A stretch of 64,000 nt of DNA from positions 3,680,001 to 3,744,000 of the forward strand of contig OZ244960.1 of assembly GCA_965222605.1 (NCBI GenBank), given 5' to 3'. This stretch comes from Candidatus Latescibacterota bacterium. Lineage in GTDB: Bacteria; Latescibacterota; UBA2968. A program made the position numbers and the translations under genes. The notes beneath the pieces are model-generated. The model searched no databases, was not told the DNA's origin, and was given only the letters and a program-made list of their open reading frames with translations. This document shows, one piece after another, positions 9,654 through 19,579 of the stretch. Each line of letters starts with the position of its first letter. The stretch's first letter is position 1.

Positions 9654-10199
9654 TTACTTCCTACTTCTCACCTTCTTCGCTTTTCTGGCTGCGGCGAGTC
9701 GGGCGCGTTCTGCGGCTTGTTCGGCTTCGATTACTTTCAGGCGTTCGCGCGTGGCTTCTTCTTTGTCTGCCCACGGTTCGATTAAGTCGTAGAGAAAGTC
9801 GCTGCGATTGTATCCGGCTTCATCGTGTATTTTGCTATATCCCAGAGTGTCGGTGGGGCATACGTCTAAGCACAGTCCGCAGTCGCTGCACAGGGCAAAA
9901 TCGACTTCGAATTTGGTCGCCCGTTTGCGCCTTAGTCCTTCGGGGCGTTCTCCGTCGAGCGAAATGCAGAAGGAGGGACACACGCGCTCACAGAGTTTGC
10001 AGTCGATGCAGTCGTGCGAGCCGATGTCTTCTTTTTCGATGAGGACAATGACATTGCGAAACGCTTCCGACATCTCGATTTTTTCCATTGGATATTGCGA
10101 GGTGACGGGCGGTTTTCGAAAGTTGTCCAGTGTGACTTTCATGCCGCTCAGGAGCGTTTTGGTGCCGTTGAGGATTTCTTTTACGAGAGCCATGGGCAT
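9654..10199 (-). CDS. nuoI: NADH-quinone oxidoreductase subunit I (2x[4Fe-4S])
   Basis: Two CxxCxxCxxxCP motifs; VTSQYP. Confidence 0.93.
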   Translation of the reverse strand: MPMALVKEILNGTKTLLSGMKVTLDNFRKPPVTSQYPMEKIEMSEAFRNVIVLIEKEDIGSHDCIDCKLCERVCPSFCISLDGERPEGLRRKRATKFEVDFALCSDCGLCLDVCPTDTLGYSKIHDEAGYNRSDFLYDLIEPWADKEEATRERLKVIEAEQAAERARLAAARKAKKVRSRK

Positions 10200-10219
10200 T
10201 TTCCTCTGAGATGAAAGTT

Positions 10220-11194
10220 CTAAACGATTTTCAAGACCAGCGTTGTGATCAGCAGGTTGATCAGCGATAGGGGGACGAGTACTACCCAGGCGAATTTCAT
10301 GAGTTGATCAAATCGGAGCCGCGGGAAAGTCCAGCGGAACCACATCATGAGGACGATGAGTGCATAGACTTTGATGAAGAACCATACGGCGTCTGGCAAA
10401 AAAGGCCCGCGCCATCCCCCCAGGAAGAGTACGGTTGCCAGTGCGCATGCAAAGATCATGTTGGAGTATTCGGCAAAGAAGAACAGCCCAAAGCGCATGC
10501 CGGAATATTCGGTGTGGAATCCGGCGACGAGTTCAGATTCCGCTTCGGGGATGTCAAAGGGGGCGCGATTGGTTTCGGCAGTGGCCGATATGATAAAGAT
10601 GATCAGGGCGATGGGTTGCACCAGTACAAAGGGATAGGTTTCCTGTGCAAGGGTGATGTCGTAGAGCGACATGGTGCGGGTTATCATGACAATGGGGATG
10701 ACCGATAGGATGAGCGGGATTTCGTAGGAGATATTTTGTGCGACCGAGCGCACTGCGCCGAGCAGGGCGTATTTGTTATTGGATCCCCAGCCAGCTAAGA
10801 ATATGCCGATTACATTGATGCCGCTGATGGCGAGGATCAGGACAATGGCGATGTTGAAGTCGTGAAAGATGTACGTGCTCGTAATGGGAAAGAGGGACGA
10901 GAGGGCGACGACGGGAGCAAAGACCAGGATGGGGGCAATTACGTAGAGCAGTTTGTTGGCATGTTCGGGGGTGAGGAGTTCTTTGCTGAGCAATTTGCCC
11001 ATGTCAAAAATTTGTTGCATCAGACCAAAGGGACCGCGCTGCGGACCAATGCGGCGCTGTATGCGTGCGCTGAGTTTGCGTTCGAGCCATATTAGCATAA
11101 TGGCATTGACGCTCAAGTAGACCATGATGACGGCGATGGTTGCGCCGAACGCGAGATAGGGGTTTTCAAAAAGTTGGATGACGTCTGTTTTCAT
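10220..11194 (-). CDS. nuoH: NADH-quinone oxidoreductase subunit H
   Basis: ERK..ARIQRRIGP, AETNRAPFDIPEAESELVAGFHTEYSG. Confidence 0.96.
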   Translation of the reverse strand: MKTDVIQLFENPYLAFGATIAVIMVYLSVNAIMLIWLERKLSARIQRRIGPQRGPFGLMQQIFDMGKLLSKELLTPEHANKLLYVIAPILVFAPVVALSSLFPITSTYIFHDFNIAIVLILAISGINVIGIFLAGWGSNNKYALLGAVRSVAQNISYEIPLILSVIPIVMITRTMSLYDITLAQETYPFVLVQPIALIIFIISATAETNRAPFDIPEAESELVAGFHTEYSGMRFGLFFFAEYSNMIFACALATVLFLGGWRGPFLPDAVWFFIKVYALIVLMMWFRWTFPRLRFDQLMKFAWVVLVPLSLINLLITTLVLKIV

Positions 11195-11302
11195 ATAATA
11201 GCTTTCAGCGATCAGCAGTCAGTCTCCTGTGCCTCGTTTGACCGCATGCGCACTTATATATTTTTATTTTAAAATTCTGTGGAGAAATATATTCGAATTG
11301 AT

Positions 11303-11509
11303 TCATCTTGTTGTTATACCAACGGTTTTTGGAACGGATTGAGTTGCAGTGTGATCAACAGTGGCTTGCAAGGGTGTTCGAAATTCTCGATTTGATTCTC
11401 GTTCCTGTCGTCTGAGATCTTCGCATATCGCGTGAAGATCATTATTAAATCGTTCCGCATAAGCGCGGCGAATTTGACGTATTTCATTCACAATGGGGTC
11501 ATCAATCAT
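11303..11509 (-). CDS. Small protein, putative antitoxin partner of the PIN protein
   Basis: MIDDPIVNEIRQIR...F.NDL.AI..DLR, a type often found downstream of these PIN genes; overlaps the PIN stop. Confidence 0.6.
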   Translation of the reverse strand: MIDDPIVNEIRQIRRAYAERFNNDLHAICEDLRRQERESNREFRTPLQATVDHTATQSVPKTVGITTR

Positions 11510-11984
11510 CGTCGGCCTCCAATAATTCTTCTGGTGTACAGAGGATTGGTGGATCGTATTCAGCAGCGCGACAGATGCTCTCTATCGCGGGACGAAGCGA
11601 TGCATTCACGATATGCCGAAAGTTCCAAGATACAAGATATTGTACTCCGTGCGTGGTAGCCAAGGCGATATGCAATGCATCGTTTGGCTGATTTTCAGGA
11701 ACCGCATGTCCTTGAATAAGGGCATCGGCCAGAGATTCTGCGTCTGATGTAATTGGAAGAACGGGTATGCCGTCAATGCTGTCGAGGCGGTCCTTTACAG
11801 CTTTTGGGTCGCCATCCGAGCATTCGCGGATTACCAGTTGGGAAACAAACAGATCAAACCTTTGGGCAGCAATTGACCACCACAATTTTGTCGTGTTCTG
11901 ATGACCGGCGATAGTCACATCTTGATGAGGCCAAGATGTTAGATAGCCGATAACCGATGTTTCGATATAGACGCTACGATTCAT
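11502..11984 (-). CDS. PIN-domain (VapC-like) protein
   Basis: VYIETSVIGYL, DALHIALA, YLVSWNFRHI, ICTPEEL; ATG at 11984. Confidence 0.85.
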   Translation of the reverse strand: MNRSVYIETSVIGYLTSWPHQDVTIAGHQNTTKLWWSIAAQRFDLFVSQLVIRECSDGDPKAVKDRLDSIDGIPVLPITSDAESLADALIQGHAVPENQPNDALHIALATTHGVQYLVSWNFRHIVNASLRPAIESICRAAEYDPPILCTPEELLEADDD

Positions 11985-12072
11985 TTGTTGAACGCTCAAA
12001 AACGATTGTGTGAGGTTTATAATCTGCTGCCGCAAGGGTGGTTTGGATGCCGCCTGTTTTCATAGTTGTGCG

Positions 12073-13203
12073 TTATCTGTCTATTTCGGGAACGACGATG
12101 TCGATGCTGCCGAGGATTGCCACGGCATCGGCGAGCATGGTGCCGGCCATGACGGTGGGCATGGTCGATATGTGTGAAAACGATGGGGTTCGCAATTTGA
12201 GGCGAAAGGGGATGTCGCTGCCGTCGCTTGCGATGTACATGCCGAAGTTGCCTCGCGGTGATTCAACACAGAAGTAATAGTCGCCTTCGGGCGGGCGGAT
12301 GCGTTTGGGCACTCGGGCTGCGATAAAGGGACCATCGGGCGTGTCGCTTACGGCTTGTTCGATGATGCGAATGCACTGGCGCATTTCTTCCATGCGAACG
12401 AGTGTGCGGGCAAAGCAGTCGCCTTCTGTTTGCGTGGGTACATCAAAGTCAAAGCGGTCGTAGATGCCATAGGGTTCGTCTTTGCGGACATCGTGGGCAT
12501 GGCCCATGGCGCGCAGACAAGGACCTGTTATGGCGTATTTTTGAATGAGGTCGGGTGCGAAGATCCCGACGCCAATGGTGCGTTCGCGGAAGATGACGTT
12601 GCCGATGACGAGTTTTTCGTATTCTTTTAATCGCTCGACAAAATAGGTGCAAAAGTTGGAGACATTATCGAGGAATATATCGTCGATATCGAGAATCACA
12701 CCGCCAAATCGCGCGTAACAATAGGTGAGGCGCGATCCGGTGATGCGGTCGAGGATGTCGAGGATTTTTTCGCGGTCGTCAAAGGCGTAGAGAAAGGGGG
12801 TAAATGCGCCCAGGTCCATCAAAAAGGTGCCCAGCCAGAGCAGGTGGCTGGAGATGCGATTGAGTTCATTGCAGATGATGCGGATGTATTCGGCGCGTTC
12901 TGGGACTTCGATGCCCATTGCGCGTTCGACTGCCTGACAATATCCCACGTTGTAGATCATGCCACCGAGATAATCCACGCGACTGGGGTTGGGTAAAAAC
13001 TGGAGGTAGTCGCGGTTTTCGGCCATTTTTTCGTGTGCGCGATGCCCATACCCGATAATGGGTTCTGCCGAAATTATCCGTTCGCCATCCAGGTGCAGTT
13101 TGATCCGCATGACGCCGTGTGTAGAGGGATGCTGAGGCCCCATGTTGAGATAATAGGTATCTCGACTTTTCGGGTCTTGTTCGACCTCAAATCTATTCAT
13201 CAC
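12073..13203 (-). CDS. nuoD: NADH-quinone oxidoreductase subunit D
   Basis: NMGPQHPSTHGV, C-terminal IDIVVPEIDR; no NiFe-binding CxxC. Confidence 0.96.
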   Translation of the reverse strand: MMNRFEVEQDPKSRDTYYLNMGPQHPSTHGVMRIKLHLDGERIISAEPIIGYGHRAHEKMAENRDYLQFLPNPSRVDYLGGMIYNVGYCQAVERAMGIEVPERAEYIRIICNELNRISSHLLWLGTFLMDLGAFTPFLYAFDDREKILDILDRITGSRLTYCYARFGGVILDIDDIFLDNVSNFCTYFVERLKEYEKLVIGNVIFRERTIGVGIFAPDLIQKYAITGPCLRAMGHAHDVRKDEPYGIYDRFDFDVPTQTEGDCFARTLVRMEEMRQCIRIIEQAVSDTPDGPFIAARVPKRIRPPEGDYYFCVESPRGNFGMYIASDGSDIPFRLKLRTPSFSHISTMPTVMAGTMLADAVAILGSIDIVVPEIDR

Positions 13204-13658
13204 GCGCCGTCCTCGCTGCGATAGGGATTGGGGGGATCGACAAAGTCTTTGAGCAGGGGATGACCAAAATAGTCTTCTTCCATTAAGATGCGTTTCAGAT
13301 CGGGATGGCCGTCAAAGGTGACGCCATACATGTCAAAAATTTCGCGTTCGTACCAGTCGGCGGCGGGAAAGATTGCGGCAATACTGGGCGCAGTTGTATC
13401 GGGCGCAATGTCGGCGTGGATCACATGCCGTTGGGGAGAACCGTATTGGTTAAACTGATAAATTAGGCGAAACGTATCGTCGATCGCACGTCGATCCTGA
13501 CAGGTTATCATTTCGAGGTGAAAATCTTCGGATAGGAAGGTATCTGCGATCTGAGGGAGGGTATCGGCTGAAGCGGTGTATTGTACATGAAAGCCACGCG
13601 CGTCGTATTTGACATCGGTCGCGTCGAGCACGAGCAAAGAGAGTTTGTTGGCGATCAT
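13200..13658 (-). CDS. nuoC: NADH-quinone oxidoreductase subunit C
   Basis: ADWYEREIFDMYGV.F.GHPDLKRIL...GHPLLKDF. Confidence 0.94.
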   Translation of the reverse strand: MIANKLSLLVLDATDVKYDARGFHVQYTASADTLPQIADTFLSEDFHLEMITCQDRRAIDDTFRLIYQFNQYGSPQRHVIHADIAPDTTAPSIAAIFPAADWYEREIFDMYGVTFDGHPDLKRILMEEDYFGHPLLKDFVDPPNPYRSEDGA

Positions 13659-14188
13659 TTATTGAATTTCTTTCCGGCTCTGATTTTTTCTTCGAGTTTG
13701 AACAATGCGGCAAAGAGCGCTTCGGGGCGCGGAGGACAACCCGGTACGTACACATCAACGGGCACAATTTTGTCTGCGCCTTCGACAATGGCATATTGCC
13801 CGGGATATTTGAAGGGGCCGCCGTCAATGGTGCAACCCCCCATTGCTATGGCCCATTTTGGCGAGGGCATCTGGTCCCAGAGCGTTTTGATGGGTGTCGC
13901 CATCTTGCGGGAAATTGTGCCTGCGAGAATCATGACATCGGCTTGTCGCGCACTCGGGCGAAAGACGCCCGCGCCAATGCGGTCGAGGTCAAAGCGGGAT
14001 GCGCCTGCGGCCATCATTTCGATGGCGCAACAGGCCAGGCCGAATGTGAGGGGCCACAGGGATCGGGACCGGGCTTGATTGAGCAGGTTTTCCAGCAGGT
14101 TTATATGTATCAGTGGGCCAACCTGTTCGCGCAGTTCTTCAATATTTTTTGGATCGCCTGCCACGAGAGGGAGTTCTTGTTGTGCCAT
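13655..14188 (-). CDS. nuoB: NADH-quinone oxidoreductase subunit B
   Basis: FGLACCAIEM, VDVYVPGCPPRPEA. Confidence 0.96.
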   Translation of the reverse strand: MAQQELPLVAGDPKNIEELREQVGPLIHINLLENLLNQARSRSLWPLTFGLACCAIEMMAAGASRFDLDRIGAGVFRPSARQADVMILAGTISRKMATPIKTLWDQMPSPKWAIAMGGCTIDGGPFKYPGQYAIVEGADKIVPVDVYVPGCPPRPEALFAALFKLEEKIRAGKKFNK

Positions 14189-14562
14189 TATCGATGTCTC
14201 CAGTGCAAAACGCCTTTGCTCCAGGCGTAGATGATGGCGAGAAAAAGAATGCCGATGAAGATCGTGAGTTCGATGAAGTCGCGCCAGACGTAGGTCCCCG
14301 TGTCGTAGATTACGGCGATGGGAAGAATATACAGTACATCGACTTCAAACGCGACAAAGATGAGTGCAAACAGATAATAGGAGATGTCGAAGCGCACCCA
14401 GGCACTGCCAATTGTGTCCATGCCGCATTCGTAGGTCTCACGGGTTTTGCGACCCCGAGTGCGGGGCGAAATGATCAGGGGTAGCACGACGGGAATTGCA
14501 CCGAGAACAATGCCCGCGAGAAGCAGGGCTCCGAGAAAGCCGTATTGAGAAAACCAGTCCAT
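14188..14562 (-). CDS. nuoA: NADH-quinone oxidoreductase subunit A
   Basis: YECG, YYLFALIFVAFEVD, AWSKGVL.W. Confidence 0.95.
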   Translation of the reverse strand: MDWFSQYGFLGALLLAGIVLGAIPVVLPLIISPRTRGRKTRETYECGMDTIGSAWVRFDISYYLFALIFVAFEVDVLYILPIAVIYDTGTYVWRDFIELTIFIGILFLAIIYAWSKGVLHWRHR

Positions 14563-14579
14563 TGTATTCTCCTATCTGC

Positions 14580-16895
14580 TCAATCTGCTGCCTGACCGCT
14601 TGCTGTTTGGCTGCCATCTGCTTCCCACAGTGCTTTCAGGACCCGCGATGGCGACATTGGCAACTCGTTTAACCGAATGCCAACAGCCCGATAAATCGCA
14701 TTGGCGACCGCAGCCGGCGGTGGGACAATTGGCACTTCGCCCACGCCGCGCACCCCGTATGGATGCCCCGGGTTGGGTACTTCTACAATGACTGTTTCAA
14801 TCATCGGCATGTCGAGTGTTGTGGGCATCCGATAATCCAGGAAAGAGGCGTTGACCATGACCCCCTGGTCGTTGTACACAAATTCCTCGTTCAATGCCCA
14901 TCCGATTCCCTGTACCACACCGCCCTGCATCTGTCCTTCCACATAGCCGGGATAGATGGCTTTGCCCGCGTCCTGAACGATGGTCGCCCGCAAAATATCC
15001 ACCTTGCCCGTATCTGGATCTACTTCGACATCTACGATTAATAGCGCGAATGCCGGGCCGGCCTGCTTGCCGCTTATGGCAGCGCGTCCTACTACGGGAC
15101 CGCCCGCCCGATTGACTCTGCTGGCGAGTTCTTTGAATGTTATCGATTTGGATGCATCCGATTTGGAGCGAAACGATCCGTCTTCAAAGACCACATCGTC
15201 TTTTGATATTTCCCATAATGTTGCCGCTCGTTCTATCATTTGTCGCTTTACGTCTTGGGCCGCTTCATAGCTCGCCCAGCCGGTTGCAAATGTCACGCGG
15301 CTTCCGCCTGTTCCATCGGTTTGTCCGATTGCGTCGGTATCCGTCACATTTGGCTTGATATCTTCGATGGAAAGATTCAGGACTTCGGCAAATTGCATGG
15401 CAACTGAGGTGCGCGTTCCCCCGATATCGGTTGAGCCTTCGACCAGTGCTACTGTGCCGTCCGGGTTTACACTGGCGACCACTGTGGATGTGCCTCCGCC
15501 ATTGAACCAGAATCCGGCGGCGACGCCGCGTCCCCGATTCGGTCCTTCAAGGGGGGTGCGATAGTGCGGATGCGCCATGGCCGCTTTTACTACTTCTTCT
15601 TGACCAATGCGTAAAAATATCGGTCCATCTGCCCGTCGCGTGCCTTCTTTAGACGCATTTTTTAATCGAAATTCGAGCGGGTCCATGCCGATCTGTTCGC
15701 ATATTTCATCTATTACTGTCTCAGACGCAAATGCCGCGTTGGTCGCGCCCGGCGCGCGGTAAGCGGATGATTGGGGTTTGTTTACCACGACATCGTAGCC
15801 GTCAATGAGCGAGTTTGGGATGCTGTAGGGCGAGAAAATACATCCCGCACCAGCGCCGACTGCTGAGCCGGGATAGGCACCGGCTTCGTATGCCATATAG
15901 GCTTGTGCCGCGGTTAGCATGCCGTCCCGCGTTGCGCCCATCTTGACTTTGATGTAGGATGCCGGCGTTGGGCCGGTGGCTTTTAATACTTCTGTGCGGG
16001 ACATGACCATTTTCACGGGTTTTCCGGTTTTTTGCGCCAGCAGGGCTGCGGACGGTTCTTCATATACCCGGAATTTTCCGCCAAATCCGCCACCAATTTC
16101 CAGCGGGATCACGCGCACGTCGCCCACTTCAAGGCCCAGCACATCGGCGACCTGGCCGCGCACTTCAAACGGTCCCTGTGAACTGCACCAGATAGTCAAC
16201 TTTCCATTTTCGCTCCAGTGCGCTGTTACATTGTGTGGTTCGATGTATCCCTGATGTACTGTTCCGGTTACAAATTCCCGATCTACGATTACGTCCGCTT
16301 CTTCAAATCCCTTCTCTACATCTCCCTGTTTGTGCTGAAAGTGATTTGCGATATTGCTCGCCTGGTCCGTTTCTTCGCCGAGAGATTTCATTTTTAAGTC
16401 GTCGTGCAATAATGGCGCGCCGTTTTCCATTGCGCGGCGCACTTCCAACACGGGTTCGAGTACTTCGTAATCTACGTCAATCAGGTTTAATGCTTCTTCT
16501 GCAATATGTGCAGAGGTGGCTGCGACGGCTGCGACGGCGTGTCCGTCGTAGAGTACTTTATCTCCGGCGAGGACATTGGCAATTAAGAACCGCAAATCGA
16601 CTGATCCTTCACCGAGGTCGGATACTTTGTCTTCGTAATTTTGAACGAGGTCTTTTCCCAGTACTATGGCTTTTACTCCGGGCAGTGCTTCTGCTTTGCT
16701 GGTGTCGATGGATTTGATCCGCGCATGCCCATGAGGGCTTCGCAATGTTTTGCCATAGAGCGATCCGGTCAAATGAAAGTCTGGTCCGTAAACCGCTCGG
16801 CCCGTCACTTTGTCCGTTCCATCGTGCCGAATGGGTCGCGTGCCCACTACTTTGTAATTTTCAATTCCCAAATAGTCTTCTTTTTTGATCGCCAT
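14580..16895 (-). CDS. Xanthine dehydrogenase-family molybdopterin-binding (large) subunit
   Basis: DKVTGRA.Y, IGGGFGGK, AYRAPG, VEGQMQGG, GVGEVP; ATG at 16895 (ORF open to 16937). Confidence 0.9.
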   Translation of the reverse strand: MAIKKEDYLGIENYKVVGTRPIRHDGTDKVTGRAVYGPDFHLTGSLYGKTLRSPHGHARIKSIDTSKAEALPGVKAIVLGKDLVQNYEDKVSDLGEGSVDLRFLIANVLAGDKVLYDGHAVAAVAATSAHIAEEALNLIDVDYEVLEPVLEVRRAMENGAPLLHDDLKMKSLGEETDQASNIANHFQHKQGDVEKGFEEADVIVDREFVTGTVHQGYIEPHNVTAHWSENGKLTIWCSSQGPFEVRGQVADVLGLEVGDVRVIPLEIGGGFGGKFRVYEEPSAALLAQKTGKPVKMVMSRTEVLKATGPTPASYIKVKMGATRDGMLTAAQAYMAYEAGAYPGSAVGAGAGCIFSPYSIPNSLIDGYDVVVNKPQSSAYRAPGATNAAFASETVIDEICEQIGMDPLEFRLKNASKEGTRRADGPIFLRIGQEEVVKAAMAHPHYRTPLEGPNRGRGVAAGFWFNGGGTSTVVASVNPDGTVALVEGSTDIGGTRTSVAMQFAEVLNLSIEDIKPNVTDTDAIGQTDGTGGSRVTFATGWASYEAAQDVKRQMIERAATLWEISKDDVVFEDGSFRSKSDASKSITFKELASRVNRAGGPVVGRAAISGKQAGPAFALLIVDVEVDPDTGKVDILRATIVQDAGKAIYPGYVEGQMQGGVVQGIGWALNEEFVYNDQGVMVNASFLDYRMPTTLDMPMIETVIVEVPNPGHPYGVRGVGEVPIVPPPAAVANAIYRAVGIRLNELPMSPSRVLKALWEADGSQTASGQAAD

Positions 16896-16977
16896 AGCGC
16901 GGTCCTCATAGGGAGAGGTGAATTCCAAAATGCACAAAGGTAATACTACAATAAGTATATATACTTAGACAAATAAA

Positions 16978-18012
16978 TCAAGGGGGTACAAATGACATCT
17001 CCAATCGCTCTCGTACCGGCACCGCATATTGCCCGGCCGCGCGAATTGCTTCCACCATTCCCCGTTCTGCCGCTATTCCCTGTCCGGCAATGTCAAAGGC
17101 CGTTCCATGATCTACTGACGTGCGCAAAAACTTCAGCCCCATCGTCAGACTCACTGTTCCGTGAAAATCCAGCGTCTTGGATGCAATATGCCCTTGGTCG
17201 TGGTAAAGCGATAACACCCCATCATAACGCCCTTCCAACGCGAGATGAAATACCGAGTCCGCTGGCACCGGTCCTTGCACCCGCCATCCACGTCTTTGCG
17301 CCTCTTCTACAGCGGGGCCGATCACCTCAATCTCCTCTCGTCCAAACAAACCCTGCTCTCCTCCGTGTGGATTCAAGCCCGCCACAGCCAGAGTCGGTGT
17401 TTCCGTCCCCAGTTGCCGCAAATACAGATCGCACAGCGGCAATGCTTCCAAAATTCCTGCTTTTGTAATCGCATCTGGGATTTCCCGAAACGAAATATGT
17501 CGGGTGAGAAAGAAAATCTTCAAATTTTTCACCAAAAACAGCGTCATTGGCACTCGCAACGCCGCTCGAGCATTGAGCACCGCCGTATGGTCAATATAAG
17601 GCAGCTTTGCAGCCTGCAATGACTCTTTGTTCAGTGGCGCTGTAGCCAGGCCGACCACGGCACCTGAAAGAGCCGCATCAATTGCCCGGTCCAAATATTG
17701 ATATCCTGCCCGACCGCCTTCGGCAGAGATCTGGCCATAAGCAATCGGCTCGGACAAAGCCCCAACGTCAATAAAGTCGATACACCCGACTTCATAATGC
17801 CCGTTGCGCGGATTGTTTACAGCGTGCAAATCCATATCCACACCCAGCATCTTCACCGTCTGCTCCAAAACCGATCGGTCGGCAAAGACCAGCGGCTTTA
17901 CATCGTTGTAAATCGTCGGATGACCCAGTGTTTTAATCACAATTTCTGGTCCAATCCCCGCCGGATCGCCCACGGTCACGCCAATCACCGGGCGTTCTGT
18001 CAATTCAGCCAC
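16978..18012 (-). CDS. pdxA: 4-hydroxythreonine-4-phosphate dehydrogenase family protein (PdxA/PdxA2)
   Basis: GDPAGIGPE, GLNPH.GE.GLFG.EE, YHDQGH, RTSVDHGTAFDIAG; GTG start with AGGAGG RBS. Confidence 0.9.
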   Translation of the reverse strand: MAELTERPVIGVTVGDPAGIGPEIVIKTLGHPTIYNDVKPLVFADRSVLEQTVKMLGVDMDLHAVNNPRNGHYEVGCIDFIDVGALSEPIAYGQISAEGGRAGYQYLDRAIDAALSGAVVGLATAPLNKESLQAAKLPYIDHTAVLNARAALRVPMTLFLVKNLKIFFLTRHISFREIPDAITKAGILEALPLCDLYLRQLGTETPTLAVAGLNPHGGEQGLFGREEIEVIGPAVEEAQRRGWRVQGPVPADSVFHLALEGRYDGVLSLYHDQGHIASKTLDFHGTVSLTMGLKFLRTSVDHGTAFDIAGQGIAAERGMVEAIRAAGQYAVPVRERLEMSFVPP

Positions 18013-18207
18013 GAGATCTACCTCCTGAAATACTGGTATCTGTAAAGAATAAGCGTTCCATAAACCACTGTCAACCGCATTGAGCTTCATTCGACAAATT
18101 CCCTGTTTCCATTTTTCTTTCACTGTTGCCAAAATATCAGGTATATACTATACGGTGAGGTTATGACGGCGGTATAGAGATGTAAAATCTAACGCTGGAG
18201 GAGAGTT

Positions 18208-19557
18208 ATGAAATTGCACGCAGGGGCTGCTACTTCCAATATTACACCCTGGCTGGGGGTTACGATGCCGGGAAGTTTTCGACCGCGATACGGAGAGGAT
18301 GTACACGACGAGCTTCTGGCCAAGGCATTGGTGATCGACAATGGAGACGTCAGGATTGCCATGGTGACCTGCGATTTGATTGCGATGCCAGAAGCGATTG
18401 CGAATGCAGTGAAGGCACGCATTAAAGAACGGTGTGGGATATCTCCTGAATGCGTGATGGTGAATGCGACGCATACACATTCAGGGGCAGGGGTGAGCAA
18501 TCTTCTAAGTATGGGTGAAGATGAGGGATATACGACATGGCTCCCGCTGAAAGTGGCCGATGCAGTGGAGTTGGCCGTCAAGAGAATGCGGCCTGCCCGA
18601 GCGGGGTTTGCCAGTGTGATGGAGGACCGTATTTCGTTTTATCGGCGCTGGCTGATGAAGGATGGGACAGTGCGGATGAATCCGGGTTTTAACAACCCGG
18701 ATCGCGTGCGGCCGATGGGAGAGATCGATCCGGAGTTGGCGATGATGTATGTGGAAGGGGTGGACGGTACGCCGATTTCGGTGGTGGCGAGTTTTTCTTT
18801 GCACTATGTGGGAACGGGCAGTGTCGGGCAGGTGTCGGCGGATTATTTTGGACAGTTTTTCAATTTGATGCGGCATTATCTGGGTGGGAACTGCGTGCCG
18901 ATCTTGTGGAATGCGGCGTCTGGACAAATTAATAACAACGATTATAGTGGCGAGCGGATTTGGCAGGATCGGGGGCACACCCGGGCGCGGCGGATGGCAA
19001 ATGTTCTGGCAGGACATGTTTTGACAGAGATCCAGTTGATGGATTTGGATGAGAAACTGGCATTGGAGGCTGTGACAGGGACGCTGGAATTTTCGAGGAA
19101 AGTGATTACAGAGACAGATCTCGACATTGCCGAACAGATTCTCGCAGGTGGATATGAATACGAGGAAGGTCCATTCAGTTGGGTGGTGGGACAACCGGTG
19201 CCGAAGGATCGGGTAGATGTGTATGCCAGGCAGTGCCAGCGGTTGGCGGCGTTGCCCGAACAGATGACGGCACCCGTGCAGGCGATCCGATTGGGCGATG
19301 CGGCGATTCTGGCGTTGCCGGGGGAGATTTTTGTGGAGAGTGGCCTTCGGATCAAGGCGCAGACATCGGCTTCGCCGTTGATGCTGGTGAGTCTGGCGAA
19401 CGGGTATATCGGGTATGTGTGTACAGATGAGGCATTGATACGGGAGGGGGGGTATGAAACCTGGGCAGCCCTGTCGTCTTTGGGGGGTGTAGGTACAGTG
19501 CCGGCAATGGAGACTTTGAGTCGGTCACTTTTGGAGACGCTGGGGTTTGTGGGGTGA
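18208..19557 (+). CDS. Neutral/alkaline ceramidase-like hydrolase
   Basis: ATHTHSG, LPGEIF, SLANGYIGY, EGGYE motifs. Confidence 0.7.
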   Translation: MKLHAGAATSNITPWLGVTMPGSFRPRYGEDVHDELLAKALVIDNGDVRIAMVTCDLIAMPEAIANAVKARIKERCGISPECVMVNATHTHSGAGVSNLLSMGEDEGYTTWLPLKVADAVELAVKRMRPARAGFASVMEDRISFYRRWLMKDGTVRMNPGFNNPDRVRPMGEIDPELAMMYVEGVDGTPISVVASFSLHYVGTGSVGQVSADYFGQFFNLMRHYLGGNCVPILWNAASGQINNNDYSGERIWQDRGHTRARRMANVLAGHVLTEIQLMDLDEKLALEAVTGTLEFSRKVITETDLDIAEQILAGGYEYEEGPFSWVVGQPVPKDRVDVYARQCQRLAALPEQMTAPVQAIRLGDAAILALPGEIFVESGLRIKAQTSASPLMLVSLANGYIGYVCTDEALIREGGYETWAALSSLGGVGTVPAMETLSRSLLETLGFVG

Positions 19558-19579
19558 ATTGCCGCAGAAAAGAGAGCCG

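Noticed and set aside
12073-14188. Group 4 NiFe hydrogenase instead of complex I
   Set aside because: NuoD lacks the Ni-binding CxxC motifs and NuoB has the tandem CC of complex I.
14865-14885. Additional GTACAAC matches (here and at about 44746)
   Set aside because: No following hairpin or GTTCAT, and the protein context is normal, so these are not copies of the micro-element.
14580-16895. Aerobic CO dehydrogenase CoxL
   Set aside because: The active-site loop is AYRAPG, not AYxCSFR (form I) or AYxGAGR (form II), and coxS/coxM are not adjacent.
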